A DNA stretch of 63,005 bases, counting the filler, from Octopus bimaculoides (Eukaryota), in assembly GCF_001194135.2 (NCBI RefSeq). It is 3 parts of 3 records of this genome, joined end to end, with 100 filler letters (N's around TTAATTAATTAA, not from the genome) between each part and the next. Parts side by side here need not be neighbours in the genome. Positions count along the whole stretch, not along the records: positions 29,411 to 58,354 come from NC_068989.1; positions 58,455 to 63,005 come from NC_068986.1; 1 more part is not named here. The stretch is one strand, 5' to 3'. The notes beneath the pieces are model-generated. The model was not told where the DNA came from and did no database searches. It saw only the letters and a program-made list of their open reading frames with translations. The position numbers were made by a program, and so were the translations under genes. Within the stretch, counting starts at the first letter, position 1; each line of letters opens with the position of its first letter. Positions 52,019 to 63,005 of this stretch are shown here, piece by piece.

Positions 52019-52615
52019 CGCTTTAGCATTCACATTAGCCTGTCAAAAGTAATGCTTATTTATTCACATTGTTGTTGTTGGCACTCTGTCGCTTACGACG
52101 TCGAGGGTTCCAGTCGATCCGATTAACGGAACAGCCTGCTCGTGAAATTAACGTGCAAGTGGCTGAGCACTCCACGGACACCCTTAACGTAGTTCTCGGG
52201 GATATTTAGCGTGATACAGTGTGAAAAGGCTGACCCTTTGAAAGGAACAGGAAGAAAGAGTGAGAGAAAGTTGTGGCGAAACAGTACAGCAGGGTTCATC
52301 ACCATCCCCTGCCGGAGCCTCGTGGATCTTTAGGTGTTTTCGCTCAATAAACACTCATAATGCCCGGTGTAGGAATCGAAACCGCGATCCTATGATCGCA
52401 AGTCCGCTGCCCTAGCCACTGGGCCATTGCGCCTCCACATTTATTCACATTATTTTGAATTAATCATGCATTATCTTGAAGCTTTAAGATTTTGATTTTG
52501 TGATTATTCATTTTTAGAATGATATTGTAGGGTTGGTGTGAAAGGCTAGATCTGACCAGTTTTGACATAAAACAAGTGGGATATTTTGGCCGGATATGGC
52601 CGGTTTAAATGCTAA
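52019..52615. mobile_element. piggyBac-type MITE split by a SINE-B
   Basis: TTAA (52015-52018) then CGCTTTAGCATT; opposite end TTTAAATGCTAA is the partial inverted terminus. Confidence 0.7.
52071..52438 (-). mobile_element. SINE family B with 13-bp TSD
   Basis: Reverse-complement match to 39904-40286; TSD ATTTATTCACATT at 52058-52070 and 52439-52451. Confidence 0.95.
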
Positions 52616-52749
52616 TCCATCTCATAGACTGTTGGTATTTACTCTTTGCCAACTCAGACCAACATCAGTTGCCTACTTTCTGTTATTCCACTTTGTTTCC
52701 TTTTAATTTACACTATTAATGAAAATATCTTGAAAATTTACTGAATTAG

Positions 52750-53778
52750 GTGCAAGCATTGCTGTGTAGTTAAGAAGCTTGCTTTGTAGTCACGTGGTTT
52801 CGGGTTCAGTTCACTGGTGGCGCCGTGGGCAAGTGTCTTCTACAGTATCTCCGAGCAGACCTATACCGTGTGATCCAATTTGTTTCGTTGATGGAAGCTG
52901 CATGGAAGCTGCATGGAAGCTGCATGGAAGCCCGTCATCTATCTATCTATCTATCTATCCATTTATTCATGTATATGTGTGCGTATGTGTTTATGTGTGT
53001 AGGTGAGTATATATATATTTTTTACTTGTGTTTGAGCCGCCCTCACTACTTAACAACTCATGTTGGTTTGTTTACGCACCTGTAACCTAGAGGTTCGGCA
53101 AAAGAACCGATGGAATAATTACCGGACTTTAAAATAAAAATATCTAGTATCGAGAGGTTAATTTGTTAGACTTGCAGGGATTCGAACTCCAACCACGAAA
53201 TTATCAATTTGCAATCATGAGTATGCCACTATAGTTTCATATGAGCGATCTAAAAATCGACCAATCAGTGTGAAGCTGTGACGTAAATGTCTCTTCGAAT
53301 ATTCATGAAATTCGCGCCCTTTTACCCTACTTAAACAATTTGGACCTAAATTACAGCAGACGGCAGTTGGCCTTCAAGTAAGATAGATCACAGCTAACCT
53401 TCAAGCAAGACATATCGCGGTTCTTTTCTCCAAGCTTCAACAATGTGCAGCAGTTACTGTATCTCAGTTTTTGTCTTTCAGAGAGTTAATGTCTAAGTGA
53501 ACGCAATAAATCTACTCCTACTTATCTGTGATAATTTGCTTTTTTATATGCTCATATTTCTATCAATAAAATATAGCTGAACGTCCGCGAGTTTGTCTAT
53601 TTTATGTTACATGCAGCCATTCTGAGCTTATATTCAACATCATCATTCTTTCTAACGACCAACCACGTCACGATGGTCTTCAGCAACACACAATTATACA
53701 AGCTCAGGACAGACTAAACCCTTGATGGTGGCACACCAGCATGGTTGCAGTCCAATGACTGAAACATGTAAAAGATAA
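52750..53778 (+). mobile_element. SINE family C (52750-53172 plus 53712-53778), split by an insertion
   Basis: Body stops at TTGTTAGACT; tail resumes at AAACCCTTG...AATGACTGAAACA; internal 11-bp triplication. Confidence 0.8.
53173..53711. mobile_element. Candidate solo LTR (539 bp)
   Basis: Starts TG, ends CA, 4-bp TSD GACT (53169-53172 and 53712-53715), internal AATAAA motifs, cleanly interrupts a SINE. Confidence 0.65.
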
Positions 53779-53870
53779 ATAAATAGAAGGAGTTGATATA
53801 TTGAAGTCAAATATGGGGGTTCATAATGTCTAATGAATCCGCAAATAATTGCTGTTTCTATTGATACTAC

Positions 53871-54172
53871 GGAGGCAGAATGGCCCAGTGGTTAGGGCAG
53901 CAGGCTCGCGGCCGGAGGCTCGCGGTTTCGATTCCCAGACCGGGTGTTGTGTGTGTTTATTGAGCAAAAACACCTAAAGCTCCACGAGGCTCCGGCGGGG
54001 GATGGTGGCGACCCCTGTTGTACTCTTTCGCCCCAACTTTCTCTCACTCTTCCTGTTTCTTGAGTAACGCTGCGATGGACTGGCGTCCCGTCCAGGTGGG
54101 GGGAACACATACGCCATAGAAACCGGGCCCAGAAGCCTGGCTAGGCTTGAAAAGGGCGCATTAATAAATGAA
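53871..54172 (+). mobile_element. SINE family B head/body with a different (V-domain-like) 3' half
   Basis: Aligns with family B up to CTTCCTGTTTCT, then continues GCTGCGATGGACTGGCGTCCCGTCCAGG. Confidence 0.85.
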
Positions 54173-54889
54173 TTAATGCTACAGCTGTTGTTATTGCTAT
54201 TGAGGCTACAATTGTTGTTGTTGTCGTGGTGGTGGTGTCACNNNNNNNNNNNNNNNNNNNNNNNNNNNNNNNNNNNNNNNNNNNNNNNNNNNNNNNNNNN
54301 NNNNNNNNNNNNNNNNNNNNNNNNNNNNNNNNNNNNNNNNNNNNNNNNNNNNNNNNNNNNNNNNNNNNNNNNNNNNNNNNNNNNNNNNNNNNNNNNNNNN
54401 NNNNNNNNNNNNNNNNNNNNNNNNNNNNNNNNNNNNNNNNNNNNNNNNNNNNNNNNNNNNNNNNNNNNNNNNNNNNNNNNNNNNNNNNNNNNNNNNNNNN
54501 NNNNNNNNNNNNNNNNNNNNNNNNNNNNNNNNNNNNNNNNNNNNNNNNNNNNNNNNNNNNNNNNNNNNTAATTTATGGCTTTCTTATGCATAAACAGTGA
54601 AATCTTGACGTATATTTATCTATAAATGCAACCGAGACTCTAAACAGTTATTTGGATAATTCTAAAACGATGGTAAAATTTCTTAAATTCCTATTAAATC
54701 TATCTTAATAAAAATGTTGCTTTTATCGTCGAGTTAGAAGGAAATTTTTCCGAAACAAAACTAGTACAAAAAGTAATAACAATTTTTTTAAGATACAGAA
54801 ATAAATTTATTTCTCAACCGCGTGATAGTGCTATAAATAGCGTGATCAGAATAAATTATCCATTTATTGCAGAAAAATACGTTAACGAG

Positions 54890-55002
54890 AAAGGACGAAA
54901 AGTAACGTTAACTCGACGAGATTTCAACTCAGAATGTTAGTTGCAAGGAGTAACGAGGGGCATTTCTTCCGACGCTCCCAAGAGTCTGCCAGCTTACCGT
55001 CT
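54890..55002 (-). mobile_element. Old SINE family A fragment
   Basis: GATTTCAACTCAGAATG and CTGCCAGCTTACCG motifs. Confidence 0.65.
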
Positions 55003-55020
55003 TTAGTGTAAGAAGTAATA

Positions 55021-55212
55021 GCCTTTCTACTATAGGCACAGACCTGAAATTTTGGGAAAAGGGCTAGTCTGTTATATCGATCCCAATTTCATCCCCCAAA
55101 GGATGAAAGGCAAAGTCGACCTCTTCGGAATTTGAACTTAGAAAGTAAAGACGGACGAAATGTTGCCAAGCATTTTGTCCGGCATTCTAACGATTCTGCT
55201 AGCTCGCCGCCT
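55021..55212 (-). mobile_element. SINE family A (tail type 1)
   Basis: CCTTTCTACTATAGGCAC tail; full head. Confidence 0.9.
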
Positions 55213-55225
55213 ATGGAAAGTAATA

Positions 55226-55440
55226 ACGGTTTCAAATTTTGGCACAAGGCCAGCAACATCGGAGGAGCGATAAGTCGATTGCCTTGACCCCAATGATCAG
55301 CTGGTGCTTATTTTATCGACCCTGAAAGGATGAAAGGAAAAGTCGACCTCGACGGAATTTAAACTTAGAATATAATGATGGACGAAAAGCTGCTAAGCAT
55401 TTTGCCCGACGTGCTAACGATTCTACCAGCTCACTGCCTT
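55226..55440 (-). mobile_element. SINE family A (tail type 2)
   Basis: GGTTTCAAATTTTGGCACAAGGCC tail; full head. Confidence 0.9.
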
Positions 55441-55586
55441 AGTACAGAAAGTAATAGCACAAGCTATATTTTTCCATAATAATTTTGTCGATGTGCTGTG
55501 GATTCCAGTCAGTGGACCACAAGTTTGGGTTTCGAACTCAACCTAGACTTCTTGTTACACATCCTTTACGTTTATAAACTAAAATA

Positions 55587-56091
55587 TCGAGTTGGCCAAA
55601 ATGTCTGTTTGGTTTTTTAAGCGAAGATAAGGCACGAGTTTTAAACACGAAGTGATTTATTCAATTAATGATATAATTACCGTTTCCTTCCGGTATCTTC
55701 TGCTGGCTCGTGGGCCGATTCATTATTATCTGTTCATGGAATTTCCTGTCTTTACTACCGATAAACACTTCCAGGTCAATTTTTACATCCTCTTCAGAGT
55801 TAAAGGCCTAACCATTCAATGGATTTTGAAGAGACCGAAACAGGTGGAAATCTGAAGGTGCCATGTCGGGCAAATATGGATAGTGTGGCAAAACTTACCA
55901 GCCAAGCCTCAGTGACTTCTGTCGCATCCGAATTTATGGTTCTGTCTGTGGGAAGAAATTCGTAAAAGGCATAACTCTTCAAATCTCACCAAATTGAAAA
56001 CATAAGCTTCTTTGGCAGCTGCTTTGGAGGTTGTTTGTGATGGTTCGCCGCGCTTCTCCTATGATCGTTTGCGCTTCATATTGTTATAGAC
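55587..56091 (-). mobile_element. Mariner transposon 3' part (TIR plus transposase C-terminus), internally deleted
   Basis: LGW*VLPHYPYLPDMAPSDFHLFRSLQNPLNG (YSPDLAP motif); NMKRKRS..RGEP; TA plus TIR-like GAGTTGGCCAAAA at 55585. Confidence 0.88.
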
Positions 56092-58088
56092 CAGTAGTTC
56101 TTAAACATTTTTAGCACCTTTTTTAAGTAGTTGTTATGCCTAGTGTCCACCAAAGTGGCGAATGAGACATCACGACTAAACTATCTTAACATGGATGATA
56201 ATTCATAAATTTTACTAAAACAATGGATTGTATAAGCTTTTAACAGTGAAATGATAAAAAAAGAATTAAATTAACAGTTGCAAATTTACTTTATACATTA
56301 CATTGCAAGTTAATGGCTTCTCTGATGAGATCCAGCTAAATTTTCAATATCAGATTCAAACTTAGTTAAAAAAAAGTCACAACTCTCCTCTTTGACTTAT
56401 TGAAAATTTATTTCGTTGCTAAGTCAGCAATTACGACACTGCACTGAATCAAGGAAAGGCAATGAACAGTAATTTAATTTCTTGCCAAAGATGAGAATAT
56501 TTTCTTTGCATTGTAGGCCATAAGGATTCATAACCAAGCTGTTGAAAATATACTTGAGCTTCGAAACCATTTTTTGAGGCGATAAATAATTTCTTCATGT
56601 AAATTTGGTTGAGCAGAAGAGACATCAGAAAGAAATAGATTTATGACCCAATCAGGTACCTTAAGATCAGTAAAATCCTTAAACCTTATCATTAAGTCTT
56701 CTTTCAGTGTCTGCAGATGAAAACAATAGCAATCTATATCCCTATCTAATATTAAATTGCTACAAACGGCTGCGAGCTGGCAGAATCATTAGCACGCAGC
56801 GCAAAATGCTTACTGGTATTTCGTCCGTCTTTACATTCTGCGTTCAAATTCCGCCGACATCGACTTTGCGTTTTCATCCTTTTGGGGTCGATAAAATAAA
56901 TACTAGTTGAGCACTGGAGTCGATGTAAGAGATTACCAACTTTCTCGAAACTGCTGGCCTTGTACCAAAATTTGAAACCAAAATTAAATTGCTTTCATTG
57001 CGTTTTAAAAGAATCTCTCGTCGATAGTCTCTTTCTTGAATGATAATCTGCTGATAAATGCATTTATGATTAACTTTGCTTTAATTAATTTTATATTACT
57101 TCCCTGCAACTTAATGTTAATCTCATTGAATTTAGTGAAAATATTAGAAAGATATGCGATGTCAACTCTTTCGTCGCTTAATTTATTATGCATGTCCTCC
57201 TCATATGAATTAAGAAATTCGAAAACAGTATCATAGAGATCATAAAAATGCTTTAAGCAGTTTCCATTCGAAAGCCATTGCACCTCAGTATGAAGCAACA
57301 AGCGCTTAAATTTTCTTCTTTTTCATGACAAAAGCTTCCGAAAGATACAGTCATTCAGTGAATGGGTCTTGATTTTATTTACTGTTTTAATTACGTCATT
57401 CAACGCGTTATGTAGTGTACCACTAAAATGTGCTGCAGCTAATTGTTCTCGATGAATAACACAGTGAACTGTAAATATATGTGGAACTATTTACTTTGAA
57501 TGTATTATAAATCCTCGATAACGGCCTATCACAACTGGTGCTCCATTTGTTGTACTTGCAATAATATTTGTGAAAGGAATATTTTTACATTAAAAAATCT
57601 TTAACAACATTAAAAATTGAAAAACCTTTTTTGTCAATTACCATTTTTTTCAGCAAATAGAAACTCTTCAATAATTTCCTGATTTGAGTTTATATAACGG
57701 ACGTAGACCGTTAGCAAAGATTCATTGTCACATAAAGTTGTAAAGAAAATCATAGTTTCTGAGCAAATCATAGTATCTAAAAGTTCATTTCTAGCTGGTA
57801 AGAGAAAAGTTTCGTCAATAGTACGTTGTTTTCCACTTTTCGTAATTAATTTTGAGAGTTTATAAATACTTAATAAACCCCTTCCCTATTTACCTAGTTT
57901 GTTTGGTAAACAACTCTTTCAGAATAAAAGGGTTTTTTAAATCATTTTTCATTTGGCGAAAGTAGTCCTCATCTTTTCATGCTTTATCTGGATGCATTTT
58001 TTGTAAATGTTCATTCATTCTTGAAGGCGTCGTCGCTTCATTTGATAACGTTTTTTCATACGTTAAACATGATGGCAATTGCTCATTA
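56092..58088 (-). mobile_element. hAT Buster-family transposon relic (ZBED5/ZBED8/FAM200-like transposase, about 56310-58088)
   Basis: TIR CAGTAGTTCTTAAAC after TTATAGAC; decayed BED finger (TLSNEA..PSRMNEHLQKMHPDK), HCVIHRE, LLHTEVQWLS, IAYLSNIFTKFNEINIKLQG, FLTKFESDIE. Confidence 0.92.
56762..56982 (+). mobile_element. SINE family A inside the hAT, with 11-bp TSD
   Basis: TSD ATTAAATTGCT at 56751-56761 and 56983-56993. Confidence 0.93.
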
Positions 58089-58354
58089 TCTATATATATA
58101 AAAATGAGAATGTATGTCTGTCTGTCTGTCTGTCTGTGTGAATCCCTAAAACTCGAGAACTACGCAACCAATTTCATTCAAATTTTACACATGCCTTACT
58201 TAGGGTTCCAGTTGTGTTTTAGTCAAAAAAATTATTAATTTCTTGCAGAGTTCGAGCACACGGCAACATAATATCTCCTACACTATTTAAGTATTACGTG
58301 TCAAAAGTGAAACAAAAACACTCATGTCAAATACTTTCACTTTTAAAATGAAAC
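58089..58354 (+). mobile_element. Non-autonomous Helitron-like element 5' end
   Basis: A|TCTATATATATAAAA start, (GTCT)n, AACTACG.AACC.ATTT...AAATTT block typical of Helitron/DINE-like 5' ends; 3' end lost in the gap. Confidence 0.65.
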
Positions 58355-58454
58355 NNNNNNNNNNNNNNNNNNNNNNNNNNNNNNNNNNNNNNNNNNNNTT
58401 AATTAATTAANNNNNNNNNNNNNNNNNNNNNNNNNNNNNNNNNNNNNNNNNNNN
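58355..58454. other. Artificial scaffold-join linker (44N-TTAATTAATTAA-44N)
   Basis: Same layout as 29311-29410. Confidence 0.9.
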
Positions 58455-58498
<44 letters not shown>

Positions 58499-59168
58499 AC
58501 TCTCTTATTATTTTTTTCCTGCTCTCTTTAATTTTTCATCTCTGTCTCTCATATTGTCTCTGTAAGTTTCCCTCTACACATACACACACACAAGCATATA
58601 TATAAACACACAAACACACACACACACACACACACATACAAACACATACATGCATATGCGCATGTATGTTTAACGAAAATGTGTGTGTGTGTGTGTATAA
58701 AACGTACTAAAATCCACAATTCAATTTGAATTGTAATTAGAATATTTCAAAGTACATTATTACGTTCTCCAAAAAATATTATTAGATACTTGCTTTCATT
58801 TTTTATGAGAATAAACATTGAAATATCTGTGGTCAATGTCTAGGTGTCAGCTTTTATTTAAGATAAACTGTAGCCTCTCATAATATCCTATATACTTAAC
58901 TGAAGGCTTTAGATGAAGGGAAACAGTTACCATTGCACATCTACATTACAATGATGATACCTTATTTGAAGTGAAACCGGTATGTAAAAATATATTCTAT
59001 GAGATGTAATAGTGTGTTTTGAAATAATTGGGATTAGAAAATGTTATAACTTACAAATACAAAAGTAATAGTATTGTACAGATTTTTCAATACACCATAA
59101 TTTGTGTCTAATATATAGTTTGGTCTAATATATACATACATACATATCTATCTATCTATCTATCTATC

Positions 59169-59204
<36 letters not shown>

Positions 59205-59313
59205 ACACACACATATTTAGTATATAATATGAATATATATACACAGATATATATTTATGTACATATCTCTCTACTTATCACTCTACCTACCTCTCTCTCT
59301 CTACACACACACA

Positions 59314-59352
<39 letters not shown>

Positions 59353-59510
59353 ATGCACATGCATATGTAGTTATACATCTATATATATATATATATATTT
59401 TTATATCCATAAATAGATATATAATATGTATAATAAACACACATGTATATAATACATACATTCATATTACATATATGTATAGATAATGTATACACACACA
59501 CACACATATA

Positions 59511-59559
<49 letters not shown>

Positions 59560-59930
59560 ATACACACACATGTAATGTGTATGTGTCTATATGCACATAT
59601 ATATAACATTTTTATATATAGGTATGTCTATATATATATATATATATATGTATATGTGTATATGTCAGTACATATGTATGTATGAATGCATGTAAATATC
59701 GGTATATGTGAGTGCTCGTTTGTGGTTGTGTGTAGTTGAGTGTTAGAGTGTGTGTGTGTATTTCATCAGTCTCCTTTAAAAAACAGAATATCACAGTTTC
59801 ATAGAGAGTATACAATAAATGAAAAATAAGGAATGTATTCAGTTAAAACAATAAGTATTTCACAATATTACAATGTTTACACACACACACACACACACAC
59901 AATTGTTAACAGGAAAAGCCTGAGTGTTAC

Positions 59931-59984
59931 CTTGAAGTATTGGCAGTGAAAAAGTCATTGCAGAGTGAAATGCAATCTACACAC
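59931..59984 (-). CDS. Candidate 54-nt phase 2-2 coding exon (CVDCISLCNDFFTANTS), product unknown
   Basis: ctttgatttctcAG| acceptor and CAAG|GTAACA donor; only one frame is open, and it matches the upstream exon phase. Confidence 0.55.
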
Positions 59985-60156
59985 CTGAGAAATCAAAGTT
60001 TTACAAGGTTCTCTTGTAAAAATATGGTGTATATACATACATACATGTGTGTGTGTGTGCGTTTGTGCCATTAGATACACATGTTTTTAGAAGTAGAAAT
60101 ATATATATATATGTGTGTGTATGTATTGAGTGTTTGAAGTGGTGTACAGATATTGT

Positions 60157-60441
60157 ATATTGAGAAAAAGGAGTTAGTCAGTATTATGGATAATTCTTTA
60201 TTAGCGCCTTCAAACTCATCAAGACAAAATCAAAACAGTAAAAGTAGAATGTTTCATTGTTCATTTATATGAATCAAATGCTTTTTATTCTGCTCCTCTA
60301 AACAAAGCAAAAAAAGCATCCAATTTATATAAATGAACAATGTTTTTACCATTTTCATTTTGATTTTGTCTTAATGAGTTCAAAAAACGAATGAAAGCAT
60401 TAATACAGAATTATCCAAAATTCTGACTGCCTCTTTTTCCT

Positions 60442-60447
<6 letters not shown>
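60157..60447. mobile_element. Foldback MITE (about 290-bp imperfect palindrome)
   Basis: GGATAATTCT/AGAATTATCC, AAACTCATCAAGACAAAATCAAAA/TTTTGATTTTGTCTTAATGAGTT and CATTGTTCATTTATAT/ATATAAATGAACAATG arms; TA-rich flanks. Confidence 0.88.
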
Positions 60448-60491
<44 letters not shown>

Positions 60492-60504
60492 GCACACACA
60501 CATT

Positions 60505-60740
60505 ACCATATTCATTTTAACATCCATTCACCGATGCTTGTATGGATCAGATGGAGTCTATTGTGGCAGATTTTCTACAGAGGGATGCTCTTCCTGTCAC
60601 TGATCCTCACCTGTTTCAAGCACAGTAATATTTTTCCATAACCAGACATGTTTCATGGGAGACTGGAAATGAAAGACACAGAATGTATGGCAGTGACGGT
60701 CATTCACAACTATAATGTGACGTAAAAACAAGGAGACTCA
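60505..60740. mobile_element. RTE-tail-related short repeat, CpG-poor
   Basis: GGATGCTCTTCCTGTC motif resembling RTE-associated GGATGCCCTTCCTG; recognised from memory. Confidence 0.4.
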
Positions 60741-60917
60741 AACGCACACACTACTGAGCACACAAACATCCACCAGACACACATATACACACATAAAAAA
60801 ACTTATACATATGTATGCATATTCATATATATACATTATATATANNNNNNNNNNNNNNNNNNNNNNNNNNNNCATGTGTGTATGTATTTAGATATATCTA
60901 GACATATTTATGTGTGT

Positions 60918-60963
<46 letters not shown>

Positions 60964-61044
60964 ATATAATATAAATAATATATAAATATATGCATACATA
61001 TACGTACATACCTACATATATGTGAATATATACGTGCATATATG

Positions 61045-61230
61045 GATACAGGACATGAAAAAAACGTGAACAAAATGAGAAACGAGAACATTAAAATTCA
61101 AAAGCATGGAAAACGAACTGTTTTTCAAACAATGAAAGAAACAAATAGAGAAACGAGACAGGCAACATAAAGAACGTTCCCTTCATTAGTTGTTCCCTGT
61201 TTTATCTACTCCGTGTTTCGAGGAGTAGAG
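61045..61230. mobile_element. Interspersed repeat F, copy 2
   Basis: CCCTTCATTAGTTGT...CTACTCC..TTTCGAG shared with 12990-13135. Confidence 0.45.
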
Positions 61231-61259
61231 TTTTTCATGTCCTGTACCCATATAAGCTT

Positions 61260-62070
<811 letters not shown>

Positions 62071-62309
62071 ATCTTGAAAAAAAAAAGAAGCAATAAATTT
62101 TTATTTTAACTTTTTAATTCCTCATTTATTTCAAGATTTGACATTATCATTTGCAAAGTCAAACTCAAACTCAATCTCAACTCAAACTCAAAGTGAAAAC
62201 TCAATCTCAACTCAAAACTGCAAATTTGTTTTCCAACTCTATTTCAACTTCCTTCATTGGTAAATAAATGAAGAAATACACTTTAAAAGTAATTGAGACC
62301 ATTCCTTAC

Positions 62310-62323
62310 CTGAAGAAAGCCAT
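62310..62323 (-). CDS. Candidate start-codon exon (ATG GCT TTC TTC AG; MAFF-R)
   Basis: AGG ATG G Kozak-like context, in-frame TAG just upstream, CAG|GTAAGG donor; phase 2 joins 59984. Confidence 0.45.
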
Positions 62324-62599
62324 CCTCTAAACAGTTCTTGTTCTTGTAACCACTATTCCTGAGCCAACAGAGTCTCTCACAAACCTATATATTCTATCTT
62401 GGATCTTTTGGGGGTTTTTTTTTTCCATAATTTTCTTGATTATTATTTTGATTTTTCTGTTTTTATGAATTTTGGTGATTGGCATTGTTTTTGCTGTTTT
62501 CATTTCCTCTCTTCTTCTCTATATGTCATGTGGGTTGTTTATATTGTCAACATCATTATTGTACAACACTAACTTACCATTACCTTATATGGATGTATA

Positions 62600-62956
62600 C
62601 ATGGATGCTCACTTCACACATACACACACACACATACACACACACACACACACACACGTGCCCAGGTACACACGTGCATTGAGGTATATATGTATATAGG
62701 GCATAATTTAAATTAAAGAAATCATTTATGCACTGGATGCATATGTAAATATAGTGAGACAATAAAGGCATTGCTGTGTGTGTGTGTGTATGTGTACATA
62801 CATACATAGAAACACACACACACAAATAGATAAATGTATATATACATATGTATGTATGCATATATGTATGCATATATATGTATGCATATATATGTATATC
62901 TATTTGTATATATGTATGTATATAGGTATATATGTATATATGTATATATATGTATA

Positions 62957-63005
<49 letters not shown>
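62600..63005. repeat. (CA)/(TA)/(TATG) microsatellites
   Basis: Direct. Confidence 0.95.

Noticed and set aside
54890-55458. CRISPR-like repeat/spacer array
   Set aside because: Eukaryotic context, no cas genes, and the units are SINE copies
59931-59984. Resemblance of FFTANTSR to the P2X receptor N-terminal FFEYDTPR
   Set aside because: The conserved Tyr is missing and the match is too short to name a gene
62136-62259. Plus-strand 124-nt exon candidate
   Set aside because: The open frame is largely due to an (AAACTC)-type tandem repeat, and it lies antisense within the better-supported minus-strand intron

Overview
Eukaryotic, AT-rich, microsatellite-saturated non-coding DNA with many N gaps. 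The repeat complement (tRNA-headed SINE families, Penelope-like, CR1, RTE and R4/Dong-like LINE relics, hAT, mariner, pogo, piggyBac and Helitron relics) is what I would expect from an octopod cephalopod; this taxonomic assignment is inference. Two artificial 44N-TTAATTAATTAA-44N linkers (29311-29410, 58355-58454) split the window into three joined segments that may not be truly adjacent. There is no intact long CDS: most ORF-track entries are translated microsatellites or N runs, and the recognisable protein fragments are decayed transposon ORFs. Best leads: (1) hammerhead-ribozyme motifs, including a fully folded type I hammerhead with extended stem I at 15402-15493 next to a Penelope ORF relic, and a core-intact minimal one at 25506-25550; (2) a TATA/Inr-led chain of very short spliced exons on + (4517-17642); (3) the probable first coding exons of a minus-strand gene (62323-62310, 59984-59931); (4) a mariner>hAT>SINE/Helitron nest; (5) R4/Dong-like LINEs in (TAA)n tracts; (6) repeated SINE insertion at one site; (7) a foldback MITE family with locus-specific CpG decay. 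All family assignments come from motif recognition by eye; no database searches were run.
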